Shown here: positions 39,648-48,901 of the stretch, piece by piece
Position numbering within the stretch: position 1 is the stretch's first letter
Layout of the letters: each line of letters begins with the position of its first letter
From: an uncultured Candidatus Saccharibacteria bacterium
GTDB lineage: Bacteria > Patescibacteriota > WWE3 > 2-01-FULL-39-13
DNA: 64,000 nt
NCBI GenBank assembly: GCA_964370865.1
Contig: CAYJKF010000003.1
Span: 86,359 to 150,358, forward strand
Reading direction: 5' to 3'
The notes under the pieces: model-generated
What the model saw: the letters and a program-made list of their open reading frames with translations, nothing else
Told to the model about the DNA's origin: nothing
The model's database searches: none
Program-made: the position numbers and the translations under genes

Positions 39648-40415
39648 TTAGTAACTATCTGCAGGTGCGATTATGCTTCTTGGAGCTTTAGGATTATATA
39701 AATCTTTTAAATACTCACTAGAATATTTATAAGTGAGATCTTTTTTTGGCACTATCACATATTGTGCATAGTCGGAACCTAATGGATTCTCTAAAGTACA
39801 CATTTCTAATAACGTAAGCTTTTCGAAATGTCTTCTGATTATTCGCATGGAATTGCCATGACAAGAAATCGCCACATTAATATTCTCCTTCAACATCCTT
39901 TTTTCAAGTTCTAGTATAAAAGGCGTTACTCTCGTCTCGACCATTTCTAAGGATTCGCCATTGGGAGGTGGAAAATCATAGGCCCTTCTGTATTTGGCGG
40001 CCAATTCTGGATTCTTAATTTGTAATTCCTCTTTGCTCGTTCCCATTAAGTCACCATAATTACGTTCGATAATTCTTTGATCTGTTTCGATTTTCGTATT
40101 GGGATGATACTTTAAGGCATACTTGGCAGTATCTATAGTTCTACGAAGTGGGGAAGTAATACACAAGTCAATCTTTTTGTCTTTTAACATTTCAGCTAAA
40201 TCCATTGCCTGTTGAACGCCCCTAGGTGTTAATCCAGAATCTCGCCACCCAGAAAAAATTTTAAGCAAATTATCCTCAGATTCTCCATGTCTAAATACTA
40301 TTAATGTAGGTTGCGTTGCAGAGTCATTTTTAGGCAATGGCCTAGTGTTGCCACCTGGGTTGGCAATAGATTCTTGGGCAGCTTTTACAATTTGCTGCAA
40401 TTCTTGCTCAGTCAT
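39648..40415 (-). CDS. Histidine phosphatase superfamily protein (phosphoglycerate mutase family)
   Basis: LIVFRHGESEDN (RHG catalytic motif) ...SPLRRTIDTA. Confidence 0.7.
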   Translation of the reverse strand: MTEQELQQIVKAAQESIANPGGNTRPLPKNDSATQPTLIVFRHGESEDNLLKIFSGWRDSGLTPRGVQQAMDLAEMLKDKKIDLCITSPLRRTIDTAKYALKYHPNTKIETDQRIIERNYGDLMGTSKEELQIKNPELAAKYRRAYDFPPPNGESLEMVETRVTPFILELEKRMLKENINVAISCHGNSMRIIRRHFEKLTLLEMCTLENPLGSDYAQYVIVPKKDLTYKYSSEYLKDLYNPKAPRSIIAPADSY

Positions 40416-40427
40416 TTATTAATTGTA

Positions 40428-41162
40428 TTACGAATCTAGTGAAGTGCGAAATAGCAATATTAATTCACCGGCTATATTTAACTTTTTATTTTGAAGCTCC
40501 TCTTTAATTTCAGTAATATTTCCCTCGTAAAAATTCTCATGTAGTTTAGTCAATTCCTTCGCAATTACGATATAAACGTTTTTACCGAGCTGTTCTTGCA
40601 TTACTTCTATGGTGGAAAGTAGTCTAAAATGTGACTCAAAGGCAATATAAGTTACAGTTAAGTGATTGGACGATTTTTGAACTGATTTAAATAACTTTCT
40701 TCTATCCCCAGGCTTTCTTGGAACAAATCCTAAAAATGTGAATTTATCTGTAGGAAGTCCACTGCCAACAAGTGATACTATTACAGAAGATGGGCCAGGC
40801 AGTACCTCAACTTTTATTTCCTTATAGTCGACTGGGTTTTCCTTTAATATTTTCCTTACTTCCCGAACAACAGGAAATCCTGGGTCAGATATTAGTGGGG
40901 TTCCAGCATCTGTTACTATTCCCACATCCGTACCTTTTTTAAGTAACTCGATAATTTGAGTAACATTTGATCTTTCGTTATGTTCAAAGTTGCTATAGAA
41001 ATTTTTCTTATCTATCGAAAGTTTTAGTAATGAAAATAGTTTTCTGGTAACTCTGGTATCTTCGCAAAAAATGACATCTAATTTTTCAAGGACATTTTTT
41101 GCGCGAACAGTTATATCCTCTAGATTCCCAATAGGGGTTGGGATAATATACAAAGTTGCCAT
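40428..41162 (-). CDS. rsmI: 16S rRNA (cytidine1402-2'-O)-methyltransferase
   Basis: LYIIPTPIGNLEDIT...VIFCEDTRVTRKL tetrapyrrole-methylase fold signature. Confidence 0.8.
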   Translation of the reverse strand: MATLYIIPTPIGNLEDITVRAKNVLEKLDVIFCEDTRVTRKLFSLLKLSIDKKNFYSNFEHNERSNVTQIIELLKKGTDVGIVTDAGTPLISDPGFPVVREVRKILKENPVDYKEIKVEVLPGPSSVIVSLVGSGLPTDKFTFLGFVPRKPGDRRKLFKSVQKSSNHLTVTYIAFESHFRLLSTIEVMQEQLGKNVYIVIAKELTKLHENFYEGNITEIKEELQNKKLNIAGELILLFRTSLDS

Positions 41163-41178
41163 TTATCAAATACAATGA

Positions 41179-42126
41179 TTAATTTACTTGATCAGGTTCA
41201 GAGGTCGGCAATGACTCAGTACCTTGATTATTCATTTCTTCATTATATTGTCGAAGTATCTCTTCAAAATCTATTTCCTCATCTTCAGTTTCGGGGGAGC
41301 TAGTATTATCATCAATACCTTTATATTCCGTATATCCATCTTCATCGGTTTCAGAATCATACTGAGATCCATATTCTCCTTGAGAATTTTGCATTTTCTC
41401 TTTTTGAATTTCCTCCATGGCTTCTTTTCCAAAGAAAGCTACCGCAGAAACTACCATTACAATCAATATTATCCAGAGTAAACAACATCCACCGTAAATT
41501 GCGCCAAAAGCTAGTTTATTTTTTGCATATGGAGGATTACCGGTCATTAATACCTCTCCTTTGTCATCAGTTTTTACAACTAATGATTTTGAAAATTTAT
41601 CATGCCAAGTTTGTTTATTTGGATCGATTAGATACCACATATAACCAAGAGATAACGTAATATTACTTAGGAGTTTTCCTAATTCTCTAATTATTACCTC
41701 AGTAACTGTTAATTTAGATAAGTTATCTTGATCCAAGACTTTTAACTTCATTACCATTTTTCCAAGAGTTTGACCTTTTGTTGTTAAGAAAAATACCTGA
41801 TATCCCATTGCCACAGCAAATGAAAATAGCTGTAACATTGCTTGAGCACCACTATATGCAGGCATACCCTGACCTTGTGTATTTACGCTAGCAGCGATAT
41901 CGCCTCCAATTGTTCCAGCATAAAAAGGAGCAGTTACTAAACCTACTAAAATAGCGTCGAGTAGTGATGCTACAAATCTTTCCCAAAAACTACCCATTTT
42001 AGGAGATCGACCAGATGTTTGTGAAACAGTAGAAGAAATTGGGGTAGATGACATTATTGATGGATTCGCTTCTACCACTACCTCTGAACTAGATACTGGT
42101 TCTTGAACGGTTTGTTGAATTGCCAT
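41179..42126 (-). CDS. RDD-family membrane protein with Ser-rich N-terminus and acidic C-terminal tail
   Basis: FWERFVASLLDAILVGLV... RDD-like TM core. Confidence 0.55.
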   Translation of the reverse strand: MAIQQTVQEPVSSSEVVVEANPSIMSSTPISSTVSQTSGRSPKMGSFWERFVASLLDAILVGLVTAPFYAGTIGGDIAASVNTQGQGMPAYSGAQAMLQLFSFAVAMGYQVFFLTTKGQTLGKMVMKLKVLDQDNLSKLTVTEVIIRELGKLLSNITLSLGYMWYLIDPNKQTWHDKFSKSLVVKTDDKGEVLMTGNPPYAKNKLAFGAIYGGCCLLWIILIVMVVSAVAFFGKEAMEEIQKEKMQNSQGEYGSQYDSETDEDGYTEYKGIDDNTSSPETEDEEIDFEEILRQYNEEMNNQGTESLPTSEPDQVN

Positions 42127-42182
42127 TTATTTCAAATAAATATATATAGGTAAATGTTATCACTTAATGCTAAAATTTCGTA

Positions 42183-42827
42183 ATGATTTCAGAATATTTA
42201 CAACCGATTGCCGAACTTATAACCAGTTTAATTCTACAATTTGGATATTGGGGGATAATTTTCGCTACTGTGGTCGAAAATATTATAGCTCCAATACCTT
42301 CAGAATTTATTTTTCCATGGGCTGGATACTTAGCATACCAAGGTGAAATGAATCTATTCTTAATATCATTATCTGGTGCCATAGGATCTACAATAGCTGC
42401 ATTAGTCCTTTACTACTTCGGAACAAAGTTTAATGGACCCAAGACCAGAGCCTTTGTCGACAAATACGGAAAGTTCCTCTTTATTTCCCTTGAAGATCTT
42501 GAAAAAACCGAAGCGTGGTTTACGAAATATGGAGTTTGGACAGTATTCTTCTTAAGAATGACACCAATTGGCCGTACTATAATCTCCGTTCCAGCAGGAT
42601 TTATAAAGATGAACCTAGCTCAATTCACAATCCTAACCTTCGCAGGAACCTTTTTATGGTGCTTTGTCTTATCTTATGCAGGATATATCTTTGGAAGCCA
42701 ATGGGAAACAGTCTCACAAGTCTTAGCTGGCTATGAGCATTTAGTCATATATGGATTTGTAGTAGCTTTTATGGTCTTCTTATTCTTCAAACGAAGACAC
42801 ATACCATTTGTGGGGAAGTATTTGTAG
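42183..42827 (+). CDS. DedA/VTT-family membrane protein
   Basis: GYWGIIFATVVENIIAPIPSEFIFPWAGYLAYQG. Confidence 0.8.
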   Translation: MISEYLQPIAELITSLILQFGYWGIIFATVVENIIAPIPSEFIFPWAGYLAYQGEMNLFLISLSGAIGSTIAALVLYYFGTKFNGPKTRAFVDKYGKFLFISLEDLEKTEAWFTKYGVWTVFFLRMTPIGRTIISVPAGFIKMNLAQFTILTFAGTFLWCFVLSYAGYIFGSQWETVSQVLAGYEHLVIYGFVVAFMVFLFFKRRHIPFVGKYL

Positions 42828-42853
42828 ATAAAGCTTCACTTCCTTACTTTATT

Positions 42854-43285
42854 CTAAGTTTCCCATGGATAAGTTACGAAATGCTTATTAGGCATTTTAT
42901 GAGAAAAATACTTCGGGACTAAAATTGAGGTTCTTGGAAAATAATGCAAACACAAAATGTCTAACTGTTTAATATTGTAATTATCTTCGATTCTCTGCTT
43001 AGCGGGCCCAATGGTTTTGCCAGTACGCAATAAATCAGAAACTAATAATACATTACCGGATACCTGACGAATTGGCAGGAAGGCATTTTGATAAGTCTGA
43101 CCTGTAATTTCTCCTCGCGTTGTGGTTATTGTAGACATATCTAACAACTGACTTAAATAGCCAGCTGGCACAATTCCACCACGACTCATTGCAACAATCC
43201 AATCATATTTAAAATTCTCCCTTTTAATGCGCTTAGCTAATTTATTAATATCTTCTAAAAATTCGTTATAAGTGTAGTAGAACAT
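42854..43285 (-). CDS. Purine phosphoribosyltransferase (Gpt/Xpt-like)
   Basis: PRPP-binding loop VLLVSDLLRTGKT. YDWIVAMSRGGIVPAGYL. Confidence 0.7.
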   Translation of the reverse strand: MFYYTYNEFLEDINKLAKRIKRENFKYDWIVAMSRGGIVPAGYLSQLLDMSTITTTRGEITGQTYQNAFLPIRQVSGNVLLVSDLLRTGKTIGPAKQRIEDNYNIKQLDILCLHYFPRTSILVPKYFSHKMPNKHFVTYPWET

Positions 43286-43304
43286 TTAAAGATTAACGAT
43301 AACA

Positions 43305-43706
43305 CTACCACCTAAACATCCCCAATGCCTCATTTAGATAATCCATAGCCGTCAATACCTGACCGTTTTTGGCATCTTCATTATGATATTGGGAATCTGT
43401 TAATAAGGCAACTGCAAGCTGAACTTTACTCTTTGCAAAGATTTCCTGATCTAAATTTCTAGCAACCTCGTGTGCGCTTGCTGCAAGTTCTAAAGCTTCT
43501 GCTGATAAATCTTTTTTCTCATTCTCATCATCAGATTGACTGATTAAAGTGGAATAACAAATATAAAGCTGTTGTGAAACTTTTAAATAGGAAACAAAAT
43601 CTGAGGATTCTAAACTTTCATCCGCTAAAGTTTCAAAACCGATTAACGCTTCCTGAATCTGTCCTTTTTCACGAAGTGTAACCAGCTCTGAAAAACTAGT
43701 GGTCAT
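43305..43706 (-). CDS. Hypothetical protein
   Basis: 133-aa helical. No recognisable domain. Confidence 0.4.
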   Translation of the reverse strand: MTTSFSELVTLREKGQIQEALIGFETLADESLESSDFVSYLKVSQQLYICYSTLISQSDDENEKKDLSAEALELAASAHEVARNLDQEIFAKSKVQLAVALLTDSQYHNEDAKNGQVLTAMDYLNEALGMFRW

Positions 43707-44101
43707 TAAAACAGTATATCAGAAATAAAATAGGAATTAAAAACTACAAACAAACCCATAAGTAAAAAATTATCTTATCCCTTTCGGGCACCCGTTTATT
43801 AGAACGGATGGGGTTTGTTTTATTATGGTCAAGAAGGTTTACTTAATATTCGCAACCTCTTGCCTTGTTACAGCAATGCGCACCTCTGTCACACTGAGCG
43901 CAACTACAACTGCACGGGCCACCCACACGGATGGAATGGAAAAAATGCAAAAATCTTTCCCACATATAACAACTCCCTCTTCTTAAAGGTCTCCGCGTTG
44001 GAAACACTATTACTATAGGATAGTCCAATTGGGCAGAAAAGTCAAGATAAGAAGGTTGAAAATAGGCTAGGGATACGACCTTAAAGCAGAGAGGGCTCTA
44101 T

Positions 44102-44719
44102 TTAATACTTACGAATAACGCCGATAACACGGCCTTTTACTTCTACATTAGTAGCGTAGATAGGATCCATGGTTGGATTTTCTGGTTGTAATCTAACTCG
44201 ATCGGCTTCTTTAAAAAATCTTTTTAGAGTTGCGAATTCCCCGTCGACAATAGCAACAACAATTTCACCATTATTAACACTGTTAACTTGTTCGCAAACA
44301 ACGTAGTCGCCATTTTCGATATGTGCATCAATCATTGAGTCTCCAACAACCTGTAAAACAAATGTCCTTTTACTTCTGCTAACCATATCAGCAGGAATAC
44401 TCATTGTAGTAGTTGTGTCTTCAATTGCTTCGATAGGTTTACCAGCAGCAATTAAACCAACAACAGGCACTTCTATGGATTCCATAGGAGTAAAAATAGA
44501 ATCGGAATCAACAACTCTGATTCCACGTGCTTCGCCAAATAGGCGTTCGATAAGACCTTTTTTTTCTAGAGAATCTAAATGTTCTGCAACCGTTGAAAGG
44601 GATTTTAAATTCATTGCTTCAGAAATTTGTTTTAGAGTAGGGGATGAACCTACTTTTTGAATATATTGTTTAATAAATTCGTAAATCTCTTTTTGTCTTG
44701 GATATAAATAGACTGGCAT
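44102..44719 (-). CDS. lexA: LexA repressor (S24 peptidase)
   Basis: Start taken at ATG 44719 (MPVYLYPRQKEIYEFI...). wHTH N-terminus. Cleavage-site region VGLIAAGKP. Catalytic GDSM...K S24 signature. Confidence 0.85.
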   Translation of the reverse strand: MPVYLYPRQKEIYEFIKQYIQKVGSSPTLKQISEAMNLKSLSTVAEHLDSLEKKGLIERLFGEARGIRVVDSDSIFTPMESIEVPVVGLIAAGKPIEAIEDTTTTMSIPADMVSRSKRTFVLQVVGDSMIDAHIENGDYVVCEQVNSVNNGEIVVAIVDGEFATLKRFFKEADRVRLQPENPTMDPIYATNVEVKGRVIGVIRKY

Positions 44720-44728
44720 AATGAGTTG

Positions 44729-44758
44729 ACTATACCGAACATTACCCGAAAATGTCAA
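44729..44758 (-). promoter_or_regulatory. lexA promoter TTGACA (44758-44753) -N18- TATAGT (44734-44729); essentially leaderless. The inverted repeat ACATT-N7-AATGT (44739-44755) overlaps the -35/spacer as a candidate operator
   Basis: Consensus hexamers read on the minus strand. -10 ends 9 nt before the ATG. Confidence 0.55.
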
Positions 44759-44824
44759 GTATTTAAAAAACGAGAAATACCAAAACCATTGATAATGAAC
44801 TAGAAAACTGCTAATTTTTACGAA

Positions 44825-46408
44825 GTGTACAAAAACATTTCTTACACAACCATCGCATTAATCCTCGTGTTCGGGTCTGCATTTGTTTTCTTTAGTAAAG
44901 TTTCAGCACAATCAACACCACCAGGATATGGAATTATTGGTGACAGTAACTCAGATGAATATCGTGCAGACGATAATAGAGGAGGAACATATGCAGCAAC
45001 CACATTAAATTTTGTTGAACTTTTAGTTAGAAATGGCAACCTAAACTTTGGATCATGGGGAACATGGGGAGAACCAAGAAGAACAGGCTATAAATATAAT
45101 TGGAGTCGAAGCGCAGCAAGACTAAGGGACATGATAACCACTGGTCAACACACAGGCTTAGCCCAACAAATACAAAATGGAGAAGTTAAACATGTGTTTA
45201 TATCAATCGGTACTAATGACTTTCACATTTGGAACAACACATACAATGAGATATATAACGGTACACTATCAGATGCTCAAGTACAAACAAAAGTAAATCA
45301 AATGATTGCTGATATAACACTAGCAGTAGATACCGTTAAAAATGCTGGTGCAGAGTCAATTGTTGTATCAAATATAAGTGACCCAGGATTACATCCTATG
45401 TTTATAAGCGCATTTCCAGTAGCTTCAGGAAGGGAGAGAGTTAGCGCTGCAATTAATCAATACAACGCAGCTGTACTGAATTTAGCGACAACAAAAAACA
45501 TTGGATTCTTTGACCAACACGCGTGGGGAGTTTCATTATTGAACAGAGTTGATTCTAATGGATTTTTAAACGTAGGGGGAGAACTAATTAACACAACGGT
45601 TATGAATAATGAGCCTCACCATTTTCAACTAGGAGATTCAGTAGGGCACATGGGAACGGTTGCTAATGGTCTAGTTGCAAACGAATGGTTTATTGCTCCC
45701 CTTAATCAGAAATATGGATTAAACTTAGTTCCCTTTACCGAGCAAGAAATCATAACCAATGCAGGTATTATTACAAATAATCCAACACCTACACCAACTG
45801 CTACTCCAACAGCAACGCCATCGGTTACTCCAAGCCCAACTCCTACCCCAACAGTAACACCAAGTCCGACACCTACCGCAACTCCAACACCATCTGTCAC
45901 ACCAAGTCCTATGCCAACTGCGACACCAACGCCAACTCCTACTCCAACATCACAAGTGGGGTGGAATTTTCCTCCTAGATCATATTCAATAGTTACAGGC
46001 AAGAGATTATCCGGAAATCTATCAAGCGTAACTTCAAATAACAACAGCTATCTAGTAGTTAAAAGTCAAACCTCTGGAACAACTAGATTCGCCAGAACAG
46101 AATATACATTTAGTAATTTCACAGGCGTAACTTCTGCGTCAAAATTAACATTTACAATCAACGCATTTTCAAATGTTAGTGCGACAAATGGAAAAATAAT
46201 GATATTAAAAGCTAGTACAGGTCAGTGGGAAACACTATCTACTTTTACCCTAGGTACAACTGAAGGTGTATATACAGGAGTGGTAAATGCAGACTTAGCA
46301 ACCTATGCAAATACCAGTGGAGTAATAAAACTAAGATTAGAAACAAGCAAAGGAAAGACAACAACAACCACGTCGACAGACTTCGTTCAACTTACCGTAA
46401 CTCCATAA
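44825..46408 (+). CDS. Secreted SGNH/GDSL-type hydrolase, PT linker, C-terminal beta-sandwich domain
   Basis: Signal peptide. [11 protein letters not shown] block I. Linker [13 protein letters not shown]... Confidence 0.6.
   Translation: MYKNISYTTIALILVFGSAFVFFSKVSAQSTPPGYGIIGDSNSDEYRADDNRGGTYAATTLNFVELLVRNGNLNFGSWGTWGEPRRTGYKYNWSRSAARLRDMITTGQHTGLAQQIQNGEVKHVFISIGTNDFHIWNNTYNEIYNGTLSDAQVQTKVNQMIADITLAVDTVKNAGAESIVVSNISDPGLHPMFISAFPVASGRERVSAAINQYNAAVLNLATTKNIGFFDQHAWGVSLLNRVDSNGFLNVGGELINTTVMNNEPHHFQLGDSVGHMGTVANGLVANEWFIAPLNQKYGLNLVPFTEQEIITNAGIITNNPTPTPTATPTATPSVTPSPTPTPTVTPSPTPTATPTPSVTPSPMPTATPTPTPTPTSQVGWNFPPRSYSIVTGKRLSGNLSSVTSNNNSYLVVKSQTSGTTRFARTEYTFSNFTGVTSASKLTFTINAFSNVSATNGKIMILKASTGQWETLSTFTLGTTEGVYTGVVNADLATYANTSGVIKLRLETSKGKTTTTTSTDFVQLTVTP
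45781..45955 (+). repeat. Pro-Thr linker-encoding simple repeat
   Basis: Translates to [23 protein letters not shown]... Confidence 0.8.
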
Positions 46409-46422
46409 TCTAAGGGGTTTCC

Positions 46423-48369
46423 TTACTTAATTATCCAATATAATTCTTCACCATTATCTGAAAGCTGAACGGAGGCCAGAGTTTTAATCATTTCACCTGC
46501 ATTGGCGCCAAACAGCTCTCTTTCATTTCTACCTACCACTACGTATTCGATCTCATACCTATTAAGTAGATCTTGTACCTCTAAGTGAGATGCTGATGTA
46601 TACATTTTTTCAATATCACCCATACGGCTTGCAATATAAGGCCAGTCATTTCTCCAACCAAGCTCATGCTCATACCAACCAGCTACTGTAGGTAAACCAG
46701 TATAAGCAGAAACAGTGGAGAAGTTGGAATAAGATTTGCCATGAGCTTCTAGAATTACAGGCTGGCCTTCAATTTCTTGATTTAGCCAATCAATTGTTTT
46801 TTTCTTACCAGGATTAGTATCATCCAAGTACTTATATCCATCTAAACCAACAAATTTCCTATTATTTAAAATATATTTATACGAAATCACAGGATAAGTG
46901 AATATAAAAATTGATAGCGAAATTACTATAATTAATAAGGACAAATTCATTTTGTAACGAAATTTTGTTCGAATAGAATCAACAAGAGTAGAAAGGGAAA
47001 CTCCCGAGATAATTACAAATAATATCCAGGATTGGTACCAGAATTTAAAAAATGTATTTGCTCGATAGAATGGGGGATTAAGAGAATCATAAATATCCTT
47101 AACATAAAATACCATTGGTACAATCATTAAAGTTAACGCAGATAGTAATAGAATATTAAAAGCCATTTTATTATTCTGCTTTTTGTAATTAATAATTCCT
47201 ACGATAGATAGAAGAAGAAAATAACCAAACATTATTATAATCGCGGTTATTGGAGTAGGGTCTCGAACTAAACCAATTCCAGAAGTCGGATTAGTGAAAT
47301 CATGAAGATACCTAAAGATAAATAAAATCGACGTTGCAGGAATAACGAAAAGCAGAAGTAAGGACCTAGGATTGTTGTATCCTTTAATAAAATGTATAAG
47401 AGCGAATAAACCGCAATAAATAACAAAATCCCAAGAATTAATAATAAACAAAGTGCCTAAGACTAAAGATAGATTTATATAAAAAGGAATCGAAATTTTA
47501 TTCTCCTTAAACTCTATACATACAATACATAATCCAATTGCCAGCAAAACGAATGGGACACTAATAATATGTGCGTGCAAATTCCCAATTATAAAACTGT
47601 ATGCTGGAAATTCATTAATAGTACGTTCGATTAAACTTCTAGCATCAGCATAAAAGTATGCAACCTCATTTTTGAATAATATGTGATTGAGGAATGATAG
47701 ATTTCCACCAACTACTAATAATAAACTAGAAAAAATACCAACCCACGCCTTTTTCGTAAGATGATGAACAATAGAAAACATTCCTGTTGCGGCTGTTGCA
47801 AACGTATATGCTACGAAAATATTATAAAGAATGGCATTTGAGATTGATGATAGCTTCGCAACTACTGCAACAATAAAGTGTCCAAAATAATAGTAATTAA
47901 TTGTATGACCAGAAAACCAAACATCTTGTGGAGGCATAACTTCAGTACGGGTTAGTCCATTTATTAATGCGATGTCCATAATATCCTCGACATTATTAAT
48001 ACTAGGAATAAAGGATCGAACTGCCAGCATTGCAAAGAAAGCCACAAAAAATAGGACTTCGGATTTAAGGATATTTAGTAAGAGGGCGGGCTCGCTTAGG
48101 CGAGCCCGCCAAAGATGTGGTTTTCTGTAATACAGAAAACCGCAAACAGCCATTAGCACCAAAACTATTATCCAGAGTGAACTCTGTGTAATATGAAACC
48201 CAAGGATATAACTTAGAATCCAAGCTATATAAGAAACAAAAATTAGACCTAAAGTCCCAGCAAAGGCATATCCTTTATCCAAAAACTTCGGCATCAATAC
48301 CTGAGTTGCAGAAAACCCTATAACTCTAACTGCATATATGACGACTAAGAATAAAAATATTTCGTACAT
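46423..48369 (-). CDS. Large polytopic membrane protein, glycosyltransferase family 39/83-like (ArnT/PMT/DUF2298-type), with C-terminal extracytoplasmic domain
   Basis: About 13 predicted TM segments in the N-terminal roughly 480 aa, then a soluble roughly 160-aa domain. Confidence 0.45.
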   Translation of the reverse strand: MYEIFLFLVVIYAVRVIGFSATQVLMPKFLDKGYAFAGTLGLIFVSYIAWILSYILGFHITQSSLWIIVLVLMAVCGFLYYRKPHLWRARLSEPALLLNILKSEVLFFVAFFAMLAVRSFIPSINNVEDIMDIALINGLTRTEVMPPQDVWFSGHTINYYYFGHFIVAVVAKLSSISNAILYNIFVAYTFATAATGMFSIVHHLTKKAWVGIFSSLLLVVGGNLSFLNHILFKNEVAYFYADARSLIERTINEFPAYSFIIGNLHAHIISVPFVLLAIGLCIVCIEFKENKISIPFYINLSLVLGTLFIINSWDFVIYCGLFALIHFIKGYNNPRSLLLLFVIPATSILFIFRYLHDFTNPTSGIGLVRDPTPITAIIIMFGYFLLLSIVGIINYKKQNNKMAFNILLLSALTLMIVPMVFYVKDIYDSLNPPFYRANTFFKFWYQSWILFVIISGVSLSTLVDSIRTKFRYKMNLSLLIIVISLSIFIFTYPVISYKYILNNRKFVGLDGYKYLDDTNPGKKKTIDWLNQEIEGQPVILEAHGKSYSNFSTVSAYTGLPTVAGWYEHELGWRNDWPYIASRMGDIEKMYTSASHLEVQDLLNRYEIEYVVVGRNERELFGANAGEMIKTLASVQLSDNGEELYWIIK

Positions 48370-48412
48370 TATGTATAGTAAATATGATAACAGCTAACTA
48401 TAATACCTATCT

Positions 48413-48889
48413 ATGATAATTGCACTAGAAAATCTACGCAGTTTGTACAATGTCGGAGCAATAATGAGGACAGCTGAATTTTTAGGATTCAAACACATAG
48501 CTCTAGTCGGCTATTCTGGAATTGATCCTCGCGATACCGAATTACTCCACCATAGAATTCGAAAAACCTCTCTTACTGCAATTGAAAACCTATTAATAGA
48601 ACATGTTGGAAATATTGACGACTTACTAGAAAAGTATCCTGACTATGAATTAATCTGCATAGAAAACAATGTGGAAGGTTCTAAAAGCCTTTCTGATATA
48701 AAGGTATCAGATAAATCAATCATTCTCTTTGGTAACGAAAAGGATGGAGTGGAAAAATCCACTCTGACAAAAGCCAATTCAATTTACGAAATACCACGGA
48801 TTGGCAAGCATTCTTCACTGAATGTGGAAGCATGCGCTGCTGTCGTTTTATATCAAGTGCGACCTCTAAAGAGGTCGCACCCTATCTGA
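48413..48889 (+). CDS. SpoU/TrmH-family RNA 2'-O-methyltransferase
   Basis: LYNVGAIMRTAEFLGF...ILFGNEKDGVE... Confidence 0.7.
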   Translation: MIIALENLRSLYNVGAIMRTAEFLGFKHIALVGYSGIDPRDTELLHHRIRKTSLTAIENLLIEHVGNIDDLLEKYPDYELICIENNVEGSKSLSDIKVSDKSIILFGNEKDGVEKSTLTKANSIYEIPRIGKHSSLNVEACAAVVLYQVRPLKRSHPI

Positions 48890-48901
48890 TAGAATATACT
48901 C

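Noticed and set aside
43815-44028. Overlapping 67-aa (+) and 61-aa (-) Cys-containing ORFs in the long lexA-downstream spacer
   Set aside because: No start-site signals and no recognisable family. The GC-rich structured DNA is more consistent with an RNA element than with either peptide.
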